DNA of 64,000 bases from Deinococcales bacterium (lineage in GTDB: Bacteria; Deinococcota; Deinococci; Deinococcales; JAAFIG01), in contig JAYWGM010000075.1 in the NCBI GenBank assembly GCA_043778225.1, forward strand, positions 11,747-75,746, in the 5' to 3' direction. Shown one piece after another: positions 1 to 10,224 of this stretch (position 1 is its first letter; the number at the start of each line of letters is the position of its first letter). Both the position numbers and the translations under genes were made by a program. The notes under the pieces are model-generated. The model saw only the letters and a program-made list of their open reading frames with translations. It ran no database searches and was not told the origin of the DNA.

Positions 1-225
1 GGATTTATCAATGCCAGCCTGCTCAAGCGCGATTTGAATCAGGCTTTGGCGCTCTTCGGCGGTAAACGGATTTTTAATACTGCGGGCATTCTTGGCACTG
101 CCAATCACCACAATTAGTTTTTGTACATTCTCTAGTGCCTCGAGCATGACAGCGATATGCGTTTGGTGTGGCGGCTGAAACCTGCCGATAAAAACGCCAT
201 AGGTGAATTGTGTTTCTGATTTCAT
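1..225 (-). CDS. Nicotinamide-nucleotide adenylyltransferase (NadM/cytidylyltransferase family), N-terminal part; gene runs off the window
   Basis: My translation of the minus strand from the ATG at 225 gives [59 protein letters not shown]. The GRFQPxHxxH motif followed by IxIGSA is typical of NadM-type nucleotidyltransferases. It is absent from the ORF track because it is partial. Confidence 0.6.
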   Translation of the reverse strand, partial: MKSETQFTYGVFIGRFQPPHQTHIAVMLEALENVQKLIVVIGSAKNARSIKNPFTAEERQSLIQIALEQAGIDKS

Positions 226-313
226 GTTATTCATAATAGAATTTTATTTATTAAAAACATGAGATTTAATCTAAGAGTAAACTCGAGTCGGCAAAATTCA
301 AGTCAGCCAAGTC

Positions 314-1126
314 TTATGAAACGACTGTACCCATGCCAGCCAATGCTTTAGAAACGGGTTTCTCAAGCCGTGCATCGCCAAAAATCACCCGTTTACAGCC
401 ACCCTGCACTGCTTCGGCAGCCCCAAGCACTTTTTTCTTCATGCGGTCTTGGGCAAACTCGAGGTACGATTCAACATCGTTGGCTGGGATGTGGGTAATT
501 AAACTCGATTCATCTGGAAAATGACGCAGTAAGCCCGGTACATTAGAAAGTAAAAGTAAGGCTTCGGCTTTGAGTTCGGTTGCCACGGCGGCGGCGGCTC
601 GGTCGCCATCAACGTTAATCGCCACGCCCTCAAAACTCGAGGCGGGTGGCGTTAGCACGGGTAAATATCCGTTCTCGAGCAGCAGATTCAGCAGTGCGCC
701 ATTGACTTTTTCGACTGTGCCAGTATGGTCGCCGCGCAAAATTTTAACCTTGCCATTTTCGACCGACCGAACCGAATCCTTGTGTTTACCTTCAAAAATC
801 CGACCATCCAAACCCGATAAACCGACCGCATTGACTCCACGGCGTTGTAAGCGCTCGACGATGCCTTTATTTTGTTTACCGCAGTAGACCATTTCAAAAA
901 TCTCGAGCGTTTCGCGGTCGGTAAAACGGCTGGTATAGCCACTTGGGCTGGTCACAAATTTAGGCGGATGCCCGAGCAATTCAGCAATTCGGTTGGTCTC
1001 GCTGCTGCCACCATGCACCAAAACAAGTTTTTTACCCTCAAGCCAGAGGTCGGCTATGTCGTTACACACTGCGTCATAATCAATTCCGAGGCTACCGCCA
1101 ACTTTAACAACAATCACAGGCGGCAT
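314..1126 (-). CDS. lysZ: [LysW]-aminoadipate kinase (acetylglutamate-kinase family), AAA lysine pathway
   Basis: ORF 314..1207. VIVVKVGGS...LVLVHGGSSETN...TLEIFEMVYCG...NVDGDRAAAA...GTVVS is nearly collinear with Thermus LysZ as I recall it. I trimmed the start to Met28 (MPPVIVVKVGG), where homologues begin; 1207 is the alternative start. Confidence 0.88.
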   Translation of the reverse strand: MPPVIVVKVGGSLGIDYDAVCNDIADLWLEGKKLVLVHGGSSETNRIAELLGHPPKFVTSPSGYTSRFTDRETLEIFEMVYCGKQNKGIVERLQRRGVNAVGLSGLDGRIFEGKHKDSVRSVENGKVKILRGDHTGTVEKVNGALLNLLLENGYLPVLTPPASSFEGVAINVDGDRAAAAVATELKAEALLLLSNVPGLLRHFPDESSLITHIPANDVESYLEFAQDRMKKKVLGAAEAVQGGCKRVIFGDARLEKPVSKALAGMGTVVS

Positions 1127-1221
1127 TCTAACATTCTGGCAGCCTAAACGATTTTTTTGCCTTGGATTTAAGGTTTCAAGGCGGGAATCGGTACATAAAA
1201 ACCTCATAATAACTATGACTT

Positions 1222-1845
1222 TTACATTGCCGAGAGCGAACCTGTGATGGCTGCCAGAATTTTTTCGTGGATAATTTCTGGCTCGAGGGTTGCATTCAGC
1301 ACCAAAAAGCGCTCTGGCTCGAGGTTAGCTAACTCGAGAAAACCAGCCCTGACTTTTTGATGAAACACCAAGTCGGCTTGTTCAAGGCGGTCGGGAGCGC
1401 TCACCTTGGCTGCTCGTGCTAAACCTAACCTTGGCTCGAGGTCGAGCAAAATCGTGACGTGTGGGCGTAATCCGCCAGTCGCTTCCCAAGTCACTTCGCG
1501 CAGGAAATCTAAATTTAAGCCGCGTCCAAACCCTTGGTAAGCAAGGCTTGAGTCAAAAAATCGGTCGCAGATGACCACATGATTGGCAGCCAAACTCGGC
1601 ACGATGATGTCCTTACAGAGTTGGGTTCTCGAGGCACTAAAGAGTAAAAATTCGGCAAGCGGGCTAATCTCGAGTTTGGGATTTAAGAGACTTTCTCGAA
1701 TTGCATTGCCAAGGTCTGTGCCACCGGGTTCTCGAGTCAGGGTGACAGCATAACCGGCTCGCTCGAGAGCAGCTTTGAGGAGTTTGGTTTGGGTGCTTTT
1801 TCCAGCCCCTTCTGGTCCTTCAAAAGTGATAAAAACGCCAAGCAT
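1222..1845 (-). CDS. tmk: Thymidylate kinase
   Basis: ORF 1222..1878. FITFEGPEGAGKSTQ P-loop plus the LTREPGGT and DRF motifs. The likely start is the internal Met (MLGVFITFEG) at 1845; 1878 is possible. Confidence 0.9.
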   Translation of the reverse strand: MLGVFITFEGPEGAGKSTQTKLLKAALERAGYAVTLTREPGGTDLGNAIRESLLNPKLEISPLAEFLLFSASRTQLCKDIIVPSLAANHVVICDRFFDSSLAYQGFGRGLNLDFLREVTWEATGGLRPHVTILLDLEPRLGLARAAKVSAPDRLEQADLVFHQKVRAGFLELANLEPERFLVLNATLEPEIIHEKILAAITGSLSAM

Positions 1846-1897
1846 GACTTTACTTATACCTTTTTTTGATCGCTTCAAAAGTCACGACTTGGGAAAA

Positions 1898-1947
1898 AAT
1901 TTACAATAATAATTTCACGAAATTGATTTAATCGTGAATCTTTTCAC
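1898..1947 (-). promoter_or_regulatory. Copy 1 of the 50-nt conserved element (GTGAAAAGATTCACGATTAAATCAATTTCGTGAAATTATTATTGTAAATT)
   Basis: Same alignment. It lies 19-52 nt upstream of tmk, depending on the start chosen. Confidence 0.8.
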
Positions 1948-2003
1948 ATAATCTGTATCGAACTGAGCGCTCGAGTGTATAGCTTAGCTCGAGCGCTCAA
2001 AAC

Positions 2004-3584
2004 TTACTGGGTATTAAAAACTCGAAGACTCGAGTTCAGCAAAGAAAAATCGCGGTTTATACCAAGGGTCGGATAACCACTTGACCAATTTTCACCTGTA
2101 AACGCATCAAGCGAAGCATAACCACCAAGGCTGACAACACCCCACGTGTATTTTTTGGCAGCCGTGACGCGAAACGAATACGAGGATGTGGTGGTGTAAT
2201 AAAAAGTTGTTCTGACATCCGTGCCAAGCACCACAACACTGACCGAATCCGCCACTGGGGTGTATTTGAGGGTCGCGGACAAACTAAAAATGCTCTGGTT
2301 GTTGCTGGGACTGGTTAATAAAGCTGGGGCTGGGATTGGTAAATTGAGGGCTGCACCCGACTGAATCCCGCTTTTTTGGATAATCGCTGTACCGCCGCTC
2401 GAGTGGTTGGCACTGACCGCCACCGAAAGGCTTTTGCCGGCAATATCTGGGACAGCATAGGTCGCGTTGGTATCTGGGGTCAGTTCGTTGACCAAGGCAA
2501 AAAACGATCTCGAGTCGAGGTTGACATAGACCCCGCGCCCAGAAATGGTTGTGCCACTCGAGGGCGCAATTGCCAGATTGATGTTACCTGTAGTAACGGC
2601 TGATAAAGCCATGTTTTGGGCGGCAGGATTGACCCCATTACTGAGCGTGACTGCTCGGCTGCCAAAGCCTTTGTAGCTTGTTGGACGGGTCAAACTGGCA
2701 GGGTCGGTCGCCCACTGAAGCGCATAGAGTGTTCCACTGACGCTGCTCGAGCCAGACCATTGACTGGTTAAGCTGTACGCGCCGCCCGTGCCAGCCAGCA
2801 AACCCGCCACATTTTTGATGTTGCCAGTCGCATAACTGGTCGGTGCATCGGCTTGGGCAAAAACAACTTGGGCAAGGTGGTTATTAGGATTTGGAAAGCC
2901 AGCCCCGCCGCTTAATGTTCCACTGACGGTGTTTGACCCTGAAAGCGGCGCACCGCCAGTGTTATTGAGCAGTGGTAGGGTCGGATTGGCTCGAGTTAAG
3001 CCGCTAAAAATATGGACTTGCGTACCAATGGTGACCGAAGCATTGTATGGTTTATCCACTTCCAAAAACTCAAATTCACCACTGGCGTTGGTCATCACGG
3101 CGGGTTTACCAGCCACCGAGATACTGGCATTGGCAATCGCTTGACCAAAGTTATTCAGCACTTTGCCAGCCACGGTAATTGTGGTTGGGGCTAAAACCGT
3201 GACCTCGAGCGAAAAGTCTCGAGCTTCGAGTTTATTTTCAATCAAGGCGCTGCCTTTGACCAACACGGTGTATGTACCGGGTGCGCTGGCAGCATCGGCA
3301 GTCAGGGTCAGGAGGCTGTCAGCTTTGGTTGGGTTAGCGGCATAGCTGCTCGATAATTTGGCGGCACTTTCAATCACAATGCTCGAGAGCGTCACATCGG
3401 CTGTAAAGCCATTTTCGGGTATCACCTTAATGCCAATCGTGGTATTGCTGTTTGGCTTTAAGGTGGCGGTCGTGACGGCTGCCTCGAGGCTAAAATTGGG
3501 GGTTGGGGCTGGCGGTAGCGGAGCGGGTTGGCAGGACATCAGGCTTAAAGCCAAGACCATCAAAGCGCAAATTACTTGATACAT
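2004..3584 (-). CDS. Hypothetical lipoprotein with a carboxypeptidase-regulatory-like beta-sandwich segment
   Basis: Lipobox signal MYQVICALMVLALSLMSC. The protein is Ser/Thr/Ala/Gly-rich. ITVAGKVLNNFGQAIANASISVAGKPAVMTNASGEFEF resembles CarboxypepD_reg. It overlaps the upstream gene by 13 bp. Confidence 0.7.
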   Translation of the reverse strand: MYQVICALMVLALSLMSCQPAPLPPAPTPNFSLEAAVTTATLKPNSNTTIGIKVIPENGFTADVTLSSIVIESAAKLSSSYAANPTKADSLLTLTADAASAPGTYTVLVKGSALIENKLEARDFSLEVTVLAPTTITVAGKVLNNFGQAIANASISVAGKPAVMTNASGEFEFLEVDKPYNASVTIGTQVHIFSGLTRANPTLPLLNNTGGAPLSGSNTVSGTLSGGAGFPNPNNHLAQVVFAQADAPTSYATGNIKNVAGLLAGTGGAYSLTSQWSGSSSVSGTLYALQWATDPASLTRPTSYKGFGSRAVTLSNGVNPAAQNMALSAVTTGNINLAIAPSSGTTISGRGVYVNLDSRSFFALVNELTPDTNATYAVPDIAGKSLSVAVSANHSSGGTAIIQKSGIQSGAALNLPIPAPALLTSPSNNQSIFSLSATLKYTPVADSVSVVVLGTDVRTTFYYTTTSSYSFRVTAAKKYTWGVVSLGGYASLDAFTGENWSSGYPTLGINRDFSLLNSSLRVFNTQ

Positions 3585-5797
3585 GACTCACTCCTGAGTT
3601 TCTGGGTGTAGCGCACTGGACGGTCTGCCCCAGCTTGGTTATCGGTTATCTCGAGCGTGATGAGGTAGCTGATACCGCAATCATTGGTAAATTTATCGAT
3701 GATTCTAAAACTGCGAACTGGCATATTGACGGCGCTCGAGCCATTGGTGGTGATTGTGTCGGTCGAAATATTAACCGTGACGTTATTGGCGACTCGAGTC
3801 AATAACCACTTGACGGTTAAGGACGGGCTGTCTGGGTCTTTGACATAGGCATTCAGGATAATCTGGGCATCGGTAAAATACTCGACTGTGCCGGCTGGGT
3901 CAACACTGGTTGGCGATAAAATTGCGCCAATCGGAGCAGCGTTAAAATTATTTGGCTTAGGAATCGCATTGACATTGCGGGTTTCAGAAGTTTGCTTGCC
4001 ACCAGAATCGGTCACGGTTAAGGTCACAGCATGAGTGCCGAGACTCGAGACTTTGGCACTTGGTTTACCGCAAGCATTGCTTGGGGTGGCTGGAGTGACA
4101 TTCTGAACGGTAGTACCACCCGCCACAGACCACATAATTTTATTGCAATCAAGCGCCTCGTTGCCATCTTTCCAACCAGCAATCAAGGAAAACTCGGTGT
4201 CCACATAGACCGAGGCTGCCTCGAGTGGTGCGGTAAAAAACACATCTGGTGGGGTGTTAATCACCGTAAAAGTAACCGTTTTTGGGGCGGAGGCTTTGCC
4301 CTGTGAATCGGTGATGCTGGCTGTGACCGTTTGCAGTCCTTCGCTTGTCCAATTGATGGTCGGGGTGCAAGAAGTCTGGTTTAAGTTAAAACTGCCCTTG
4401 CCAGAAACATTGACCGTGGCGGTGGCAATTTTATTTAAGCCATCTTCAAGATCGCTCGAGAGTAAGCAGACGGCTTTAGCGGTATTTTGTAGTAAATCGG
4501 CATTTGGGCTAATCAAGGTGATTTCAGGGGCGGTATTTTCGGCAGTCGCAATTGTGCCAAACGACTTATTAAAAAACTCGACATCGTAATTGAGGGTTTT
4601 GATCCCTAAATCTACGTGTAAACCTAAGCCCGCGACCGCCCCAGCCGACAACGACCAAACTGGATTGCGCGGCACAACCGCCTCGAGTTCGAGATACGCG
4701 CCAGCCCGCACATATGGACCAACCACGCCATACAACAAAATGTTGCCCTGAACATTGATTGTGGCTCGAGCCTTCATGCTGGCACTTGCGCCGCCACCCC
4801 CTGCGCTAAAATCTTGTCCAAAACTGCTGCAATTGTTAAAGCCACTGTTGTACTCGAGGCAACCAAAAGCATCAAACTTGGCATTGGCAGAAAAGGTGGT
4901 TTTAGCAGCCACTTGCCCTTTGGCATTTAAGGTGATAATCACTTGGGGTATAAAAACCAGTGGCACTGGTCCGACAAAAACCGTAATCGGCGCAAAATTG
5001 TACTGTGCCAGTTCGATTTCTTTTTCGACCACTTTCGTCAGGTCAATGGTGATGGTGGTGTTGGCTCGAGATTTAATGCCGTAAGCCACCTTAAAGTACA
5101 CACCGTTTGGGTAGACGGGTACACCCCAGACTTTTTTCCATTTTAAGCCAGCGCTGATGCCCTCGCCGGTCTCAAAGTTAAAACTGCCCTTGGCTCGCAC
5201 TTGGTCGTTGGTGGTGCTGCTGTTGCCGTCGTCATCGTAAACCACGCTGTCAAAGTTAAAGTCAAAAACTGCCAGTGGTCTTGCGCCTTGGGTCTTGACC
5301 GAATAGCTAGATTTCCCATTGGCAAATTTCAAGCCAGGTACAAGTGCCACTGCACTGGTCAACTGGGCTGGACTGAGTTTGACATCAAATTCGGCTTCGC
5401 CTTGCTCGAAAGCATCACCAAAAGCGGCTTCGGTCGCCAAAACTTCGGTGCTTGCGCCTTTTGGAGTGATACTCGAGACCGTAAACGAAAAGCCATTTGG
5501 GGCTTTGGGGCTTGGCGCACCAACCATCACGCTACCAACCGCTAAAGTGGTCAGAGCAGGGTCAGTGCTGGCAAAAACAAATTTGGCATTGCATTTTGGG
5601 CGTGTTTCGCCAAGGTCTTGGTTTAAGCAGGTCGCAGCATTCAAAAGTGTCAACGCCTCGAGTTTGGCAGCGGGTGGAATCACTCGAGTCGTGGCAGCCA
5701 CTTTTGATTCGACCTTGGGCAGTTCGGTTGTCGGGGTTGGACCACAGGCTGTGGCAATCACTCCAAATAAAATAAGTACACCGAGTGCAGCTTTCAT
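3572..5797 (-). CDS. Large hypothetical lipoprotein with C-terminal Ig/PKD-like repeats
   Basis: 741-aa ORF with lipobox LILFGVIATAC. C-terminal repeated beta-sandwich-like segments (TVTASITDSQGKASAPKTVTFTV, AVTLTVTDSGGKQTSETRNV). Co-oriented with and overlapping 2004..3584. Confidence 0.7.
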   Translation of the reverse strand: MKAALGVLILFGVIATACGPTPTTELPKVESKVAATTRVIPPAAKLEALTLLNAATCLNQDLGETRPKCNAKFVFASTDPALTTLAVGSVMVGAPSPKAPNGFSFTVSSITPKGASTEVLATEAAFGDAFEQGEAEFDVKLSPAQLTSAVALVPGLKFANGKSSYSVKTQGARPLAVFDFNFDSVVYDDDGNSSTTNDQVRAKGSFNFETGEGISAGLKWKKVWGVPVYPNGVYFKVAYGIKSRANTTITIDLTKVVEKEIELAQYNFAPITVFVGPVPLVFIPQVIITLNAKGQVAAKTTFSANAKFDAFGCLEYNSGFNNCSSFGQDFSAGGGGASASMKARATINVQGNILLYGVVGPYVRAGAYLELEAVVPRNPVWSLSAGAVAGLGLHVDLGIKTLNYDVEFFNKSFGTIATAENTAPEITLISPNADLLQNTAKAVCLLSSDLEDGLNKIATATVNVSGKGSFNLNQTSCTPTINWTSEGLQTVTASITDSQGKASAPKTVTFTVINTPPDVFFTAPLEAASVYVDTEFSLIAGWKDGNEALDCNKIMWSVAGGTTVQNVTPATPSNACGKPSAKVSSLGTHAVTLTVTDSGGKQTSETRNVNAIPKPNNFNAAPIGAILSPTSVDPAGTVEYFTDAQIILNAYVKDPDSPSLTVKWLLTRVANNVTVNISTDTITTNGSSAVNMPVRSFRIIDKFTNDCGISYLITLEITDNQAGADRPVRYTQKLRSESCIK

Positions 5798-5915
5798 AAC
5801 CTACCTCCTAGATGCTGAGTACAGCTAAAACAACCTTACATCCCAAGCGTCACAAAAAGCGTCACAAGCCGCCAACCCACTTAGGTTGCTCACCAAGTTT
5901 TTGTAACATACACCA

Positions 5916-7244
5916 ATGGCTCGAGCGACCACCCAATTCAAATGCAGTTCATGTGGCTATACCGCCGCCAAAACTCTTGGGCGTTGTCCGACGTGCAGCG
6001 CTTGGAATAGTTTTGAGGAAGTCTCGAGTAGCCCTGCTGCCAAGCGTAATTATTTACCCAGTGCGGCTCTGGTGCGGCTTGGTAGCGTTGCCAGTCAGTC
6101 CGAGCCGCGTATCTCGAGTGGTGTCTCCGAGCTTGACCGTGTGCTGGGTGGTGGCTGGGTAGCTGGCGGGGTGGTGCTGTTGGGCGGTGAACCGGGCATT
6201 GGCAAAAGTACCTTGTTGCTGCAAGTGGCACATCATTTGGCGGTTGCCGACCAAACGGTGCTTTATGTGGCTGGCGAGGAATCGCTCGAGCAAGTCCGTT
6301 TGCGGGCAGACCGCCTTGGGGTTTCGGGTAATATCTTGATGACTCGGGACATCACGGCTGGTGGAATAGCTGCCCTGCTTGAAGCTGAGCGTCCGCGCTT
6401 ATGTATCGTGGATTCGATTCAAACCATTCAAGCTGGCGAAACAGGGTCGCCGGGCAGTCTGACCCAAGTGCGAGAAGCCACCGCCCAATTGACTCGAGCC
6501 GCCAAAGAAACGGGCAGCAGCATGGTTTTGGTCGGTCATGTCACCAAGGATGGTTCGGTGGCGGGTCCAAAAGTGATGGAACATATTGTGGACGCAGTTT
6601 TAATGCTCGAGAGTGTTGGCAATTACCGAATGCTGCGCTCGATTAAAAACCGCTTTGGAAACGTCGGCGAACTTGGTGTTTTTGATATGCAAGAAATTGG
6701 CTTGGTGGCGGTGGACAACCCATCGGCAGCCTTTCTGGCTGAGCGCCCAATCGGTGCGCCCGGCAGCGTGGTTGCTGCCACCATGGATGGTCAGCGCCCG
6801 TTGCTGCTCGAGGTTCAAGCCCTCGCCGCCAAGACCCCATACCCAGCCCCCAAGCGGGTGGCGGTTGGTCTGGATGCACGGCGGGTGGATGTGGTGCTGG
6901 CGGTTCTCGAGCGCCGCTTGGATTTGAGTTTGGGCGGCTTAGATATTTATGTCAATTTGGCGGGTGGCTTACGGGTGGTAGACCCCGGTTTAGATTTAGC
7001 GATTGCGCTGGCGGTCTACAGTGCGGTGATGATGAAGCCAATCCCCGAAGGTATTGCGGTCTTTGGCGAAGTCGGCTTAGCTGGCGAGGTTCGCAGTGTT
7101 TCGCAACCCGCCCGTCGGGCAGCCGAAGCCAAGCGGGTTGGTATCGAACGATTGATTGCGCCTCCGGGCGTACAGGGCAGCAGCAGCATTACGATGGTGC
7201 GCGATGCGGTACAAATGATGTGGCAACAACGGGCTAAAGTCTAA
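5916..7244 (+). CDS. radA: DNA repair protein RadA/Sms
   Basis: N-terminal Zn-ribbon [24 protein letters not shown], Walker [20 protein letters not shown] motif and a Lon-like C-terminal domain. Confidence 0.95.
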   Translation: MARATTQFKCSSCGYTAAKTLGRCPTCSAWNSFEEVSSSPAAKRNYLPSAALVRLGSVASQSEPRISSGVSELDRVLGGGWVAGGVVLLGGEPGIGKSTLLLQVAHHLAVADQTVLYVAGEESLEQVRLRADRLGVSGNILMTRDITAGGIAALLEAERPRLCIVDSIQTIQAGETGSPGSLTQVREATAQLTRAAKETGSSMVLVGHVTKDGSVAGPKVMEHIVDAVLMLESVGNYRMLRSIKNRFGNVGELGVFDMQEIGLVAVDNPSAAFLAERPIGAPGSVVAATMDGQRPLLLEVQALAAKTPYPAPKRVAVGLDARRVDVVLAVLERRLDLSLGGLDIYVNLAGGLRVVDPGLDLAIALAVYSAVMMKPIPEGIAVFGEVGLAGEVRSVSQPARRAAEAKRVGIERLIAPPGVQGSSSITMVRDAVQMMWQQRAKV

Positions 7245-7257
7245 ATGGGAGCAACGC

Positions 7258-8298
7258 ATGAAACCTGAACCTGATTTAATCCGAGCAATTATTCGCGGGG
7301 TGTTGGTGCTGCTGGGGGCAGCCATCGGCTGGCGGCTCAGTCCATTGTTGGTTCAAGATGGACTCAATCAAGCCTACTTTACGCTTTTAGGGGCGCTTTT
7401 AATTTCGTTGTTTACGGGGCGTTTAAGTTTTTGGTTGCGTGGCATTGTGGCTCGTGTTGCCGATGCTTGGGTTCATACACCACCCCAAACGGTTTTAGCA
7501 ACCACGGTGGCGGCTACTTTTGCTTTAATTCTGAGTTTGCTCTTAAACGGTGTGATTTCAAATATCCCCGGTTACACTTGGGTTTGGCAAATCGGCATTA
7601 CGGTCGTTTTGGCGGTTTTCTTGGTCAGTATCGCGATCATCAATCAACATTTTTTTACTCCATTTGCTGCGCCAAGTACCAAGACTCAAACAATTAAAGG
7701 CGCGGTTGGTTCGCTAAAACTGATCGATACCAACATTATTATTGATGGGCGAGTTCTCGATGTCGCTCGAGCGGGTTTTCTTGAAGGGATGCTGATTGTG
7801 CCGGGTTTTGTGCTGCGCGAATTGCAGTATTTTGCCGATTCGACCGATAAAGACCGCCGCGCAAAAGGCAGGCGCGGCTTAGATTTACTCGAGAAACTCA
7901 AAGCCGTGCGCCATCTCGAGGTGGTGGTGCGAGAATTTGCCGATTCAGGTGGCGATGTCGATGAGCGCCTGATCAAAGCAGCCCTCGAGATTAACGCCAG
8001 TGTGGTCACCAACGACACGGGTTTGGCGCGGGTAGCCAGTTTACAAGATGTCAAAACCCTGTCCTTAAATGTGCTTGCCGATGCCTTAAAACCCAAACTT
8101 GGGGCTGGCGACGAACTGACATTACACATCACCAAAGAAGGCAGCCAATCGGGGCAGGGCATTGGTTATCTCGAGGATGGAACAATGGTGGTGGTCGAGG
8201 ATGGCTTGGCGTTTAAGGGTCGAATCACCCAAGTTTGCATTCAAACCATCACCCAAACCGCCCTTGGGCGAATGGTTTTTGCTAAAGTCATCGGTTAG
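7258..8298 (+). CDS. PIN/TRAM domain membrane protein (YacL-like)
   Basis: N-terminal TM helices, a PIN core (IDTNIIIDGR...VVTNDTGL) and a C-terminal TRAM-like beta domain. It sits in the conserved position after radA. Confidence 0.85.
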   Translation: MKPEPDLIRAIIRGVLVLLGAAIGWRLSPLLVQDGLNQAYFTLLGALLISLFTGRLSFWLRGIVARVADAWVHTPPQTVLATTVAATFALILSLLLNGVISNIPGYTWVWQIGITVVLAVFLVSIAIINQHFFTPFAAPSTKTQTIKGAVGSLKLIDTNIIIDGRVLDVARAGFLEGMLIVPGFVLRELQYFADSTDKDRRAKGRRGLDLLEKLKAVRHLEVVVREFADSGGDVDERLIKAALEINASVVTNDTGLARVASLQDVKTLSLNVLADALKPKLGAGDELTLHITKEGSQSGQGIGYLEDGTMVVVEDGLAFKGRITQVCIQTITQTALGRMVFAKVIG

Positions 8299-8306
8299 AA
8301 TCGTTT

Positions 8307-9110
8307 GTGCCAGCCATTCTTGAGGTTTCTAAATCGCAGCCCTTGGCAATTATTTCGGACACCCACGCCAACCTGACGGCGCTTGAGGCGGTTTTAGCCG
8401 ATATTGCCCAGCGCGGCTTAAAGCAGATGGTGATGCTTGGCGATGTGGCAGGAAAAGGTCCGCGCCCCGCCCAAGTGTTGGACCGACTGCGCGACCTCGA
8501 GATTCCATGTTTGTTTGGTAACTGGGACGAATTGCTGGTGCGCCCACTGCAACCAGATGCCTTACCAGAAATGCCAAGCATGACCCAATCCTTGGCGTGG
8601 CAACGCGATCAAATTGGCTTAGAACGCCTCGAGTGGCTTCAATGCCTACCCTATGCCTTGGATGTGCAGCGCCATGCTGGGCTGGTCAGGCTGGTTCATG
8701 CCTCAAGCCATGGAGTCTGGACTCGAGTTCGAGAAAACGACCCACTGACCAGTTTTTATGGTCTTTTTGATGCCACCCAAAAAGTCGGTCTCGATGCACC
8801 GACCCCAATTGCTGTCGGTTACGGCGACATTCACACCACGCTTTTGCGCCATTTGCGTTCATTCCCGGAAATGAACCCGAGTCTGCGCGGTCGAATGGTC
8901 TTTAATGTCGGTTCGGTCGGCAATCCACTGGACTCAAACCAATCTAGTTATGCGGTGCTGCATGGCTCGAGCCAACTCGAAGTCAGTTTTATACGGGTGG
9001 CTTACGACAACGAACTCGAGTGTCGGGTGGCGATGCGTTCGGGGATGCCACAATTAGAAGAATACCTTGAGGAAACCCGAACAGGGATGTACCGCCCGCG
9101 TGGAGTATGA
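8307..9110 (+). CDS. Metallophosphoesterase family protein
   Basis: ISDTHAN, LGDVAGKGP and GNWDE motifs. GTG start at 8307. Confidence 0.8.
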   Translation: MPAILEVSKSQPLAIISDTHANLTALEAVLADIAQRGLKQMVMLGDVAGKGPRPAQVLDRLRDLEIPCLFGNWDELLVRPLQPDALPEMPSMTQSLAWQRDQIGLERLEWLQCLPYALDVQRHAGLVRLVHASSHGVWTRVRENDPLTSFYGLFDATQKVGLDAPTPIAVGYGDIHTTLLRHLRSFPEMNPSLRGRMVFNVGSVGNPLDSNQSSYAVLHGSSQLEVSFIRVAYDNELECRVAMRSGMPQLEEYLEETRTGMYRPRGV

Positions 9111-9145
9111 ACCAGAACTTTTTGAGAGATGCAGTAGAATAGACC

Positions 9146-10192
9146 ATGGTTCAGGCATTACGACTTCGATTTGCTAACGATTTCTTTGGGCAGACCCGTA
9201 ATCCCTACCGTTTATTTGGACTAATTTTTATTCTGGCAATCTCGATCACGGCGCTGGTTTATGTGACTGGCGGTACAAAATTTGTCTATGTACAACTGAT
9301 GTACATTCCCATTCTTTTGGCAGGTCTACTTTTTAATTTAAGGGCAGCCGTGCTGTTCTCGATTTTGGCGGGTTTATTGATGGGTCCACTGATGCCACTT
9401 GAAGTCTCGAGCCAAGTCTATCAACCACCTGAGGCGTGGTTGTTGCGGACGGTGCTTTTTTGCTTAAATGGCATGACCGCCGGAGCAGTGGCGGGTTTAC
9501 TGCGTTACCGTATTGGTTTACTCGAGAAAGTCAAGCACGAAATTGCCCTGACCTATGGGCGAACCCTACGAGCCTTGGTGGTGCTTATTGCCGAGCGCGA
9601 TGATGAAACCGCCGACCACTCCGAACGGGTGGCATACAATGCGGTCAAAATTGGCGAGGCAATCGGACTAACCCCAGAACGGCTCGAGGTACTTTATTGG
9701 GCGGCGTTACTGCACGACCTTGGCAAAATTGGGATTGCCGAAGCGATTCTCAATAAGCCAGCCGCTTTAACTGCGCCAGAACGACTCGAGATGCAGCGCC
9801 ATGTTGAAATTGGCTATCGTGTGATTGTTCATGCCAGCCGTGATTTTCTACCAATTGCCCAAGTGGTGGCAGCCCACCATGAACGGATTGATGGTCAAGG
9901 GTATCCAAACCGTTTAAGTGGTGAAAACATTCCACTCGAGGCGCGAATTTTAACGGTAATTGATGTTTTTGAAGCCCTGACTTCTAAAAGACCATATCAC
10001 GAAGCAGTGGATAGCCAAACTGCTTTAACGATGATTGTTGCCAGTTCGGGGACACATTTTGATCGCCAAGTGGTTGAAGTTTTTACCGACCTTTTAAGCA
10101 AAAATGATTTGATGACCCATCAAGATCATCATCTGCTCGAGCGAATCAAAGACCGCTATCATGGTGACGGATTATTTTTAGCCAATCTCTAA
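9146..10192 (+). CDS. HD-GYP domain phosphodiesterase with N-terminal membrane module
   Basis: HSERVA...LLHDLGKIGI...HHERIDGQGYP motifs, preceded by about 4 TM helices. Confidence 0.88.
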   Translation: MVQALRLRFANDFFGQTRNPYRLFGLIFILAISITALVYVTGGTKFVYVQLMYIPILLAGLLFNLRAAVLFSILAGLLMGPLMPLEVSSQVYQPPEAWLLRTVLFCLNGMTAGAVAGLLRYRIGLLEKVKHEIALTYGRTLRALVVLIAERDDETADHSERVAYNAVKIGEAIGLTPERLEVLYWAALLHDLGKIGIAEAILNKPAALTAPERLEMQRHVEIGYRVIVHASRDFLPIAQVVAAHHERIDGQGYPNRLSGENIPLEARILTVIDVFEALTSKRPYHEAVDSQTALTMIVASSGTHFDRQVVEVFTDLLSKNDLMTHQDHHLLERIKDRYHGDGLFLANL

Positions 10193-10224
10193 TCTAAATC
10201 CTATATTTGTGCTACCCTGATGCC

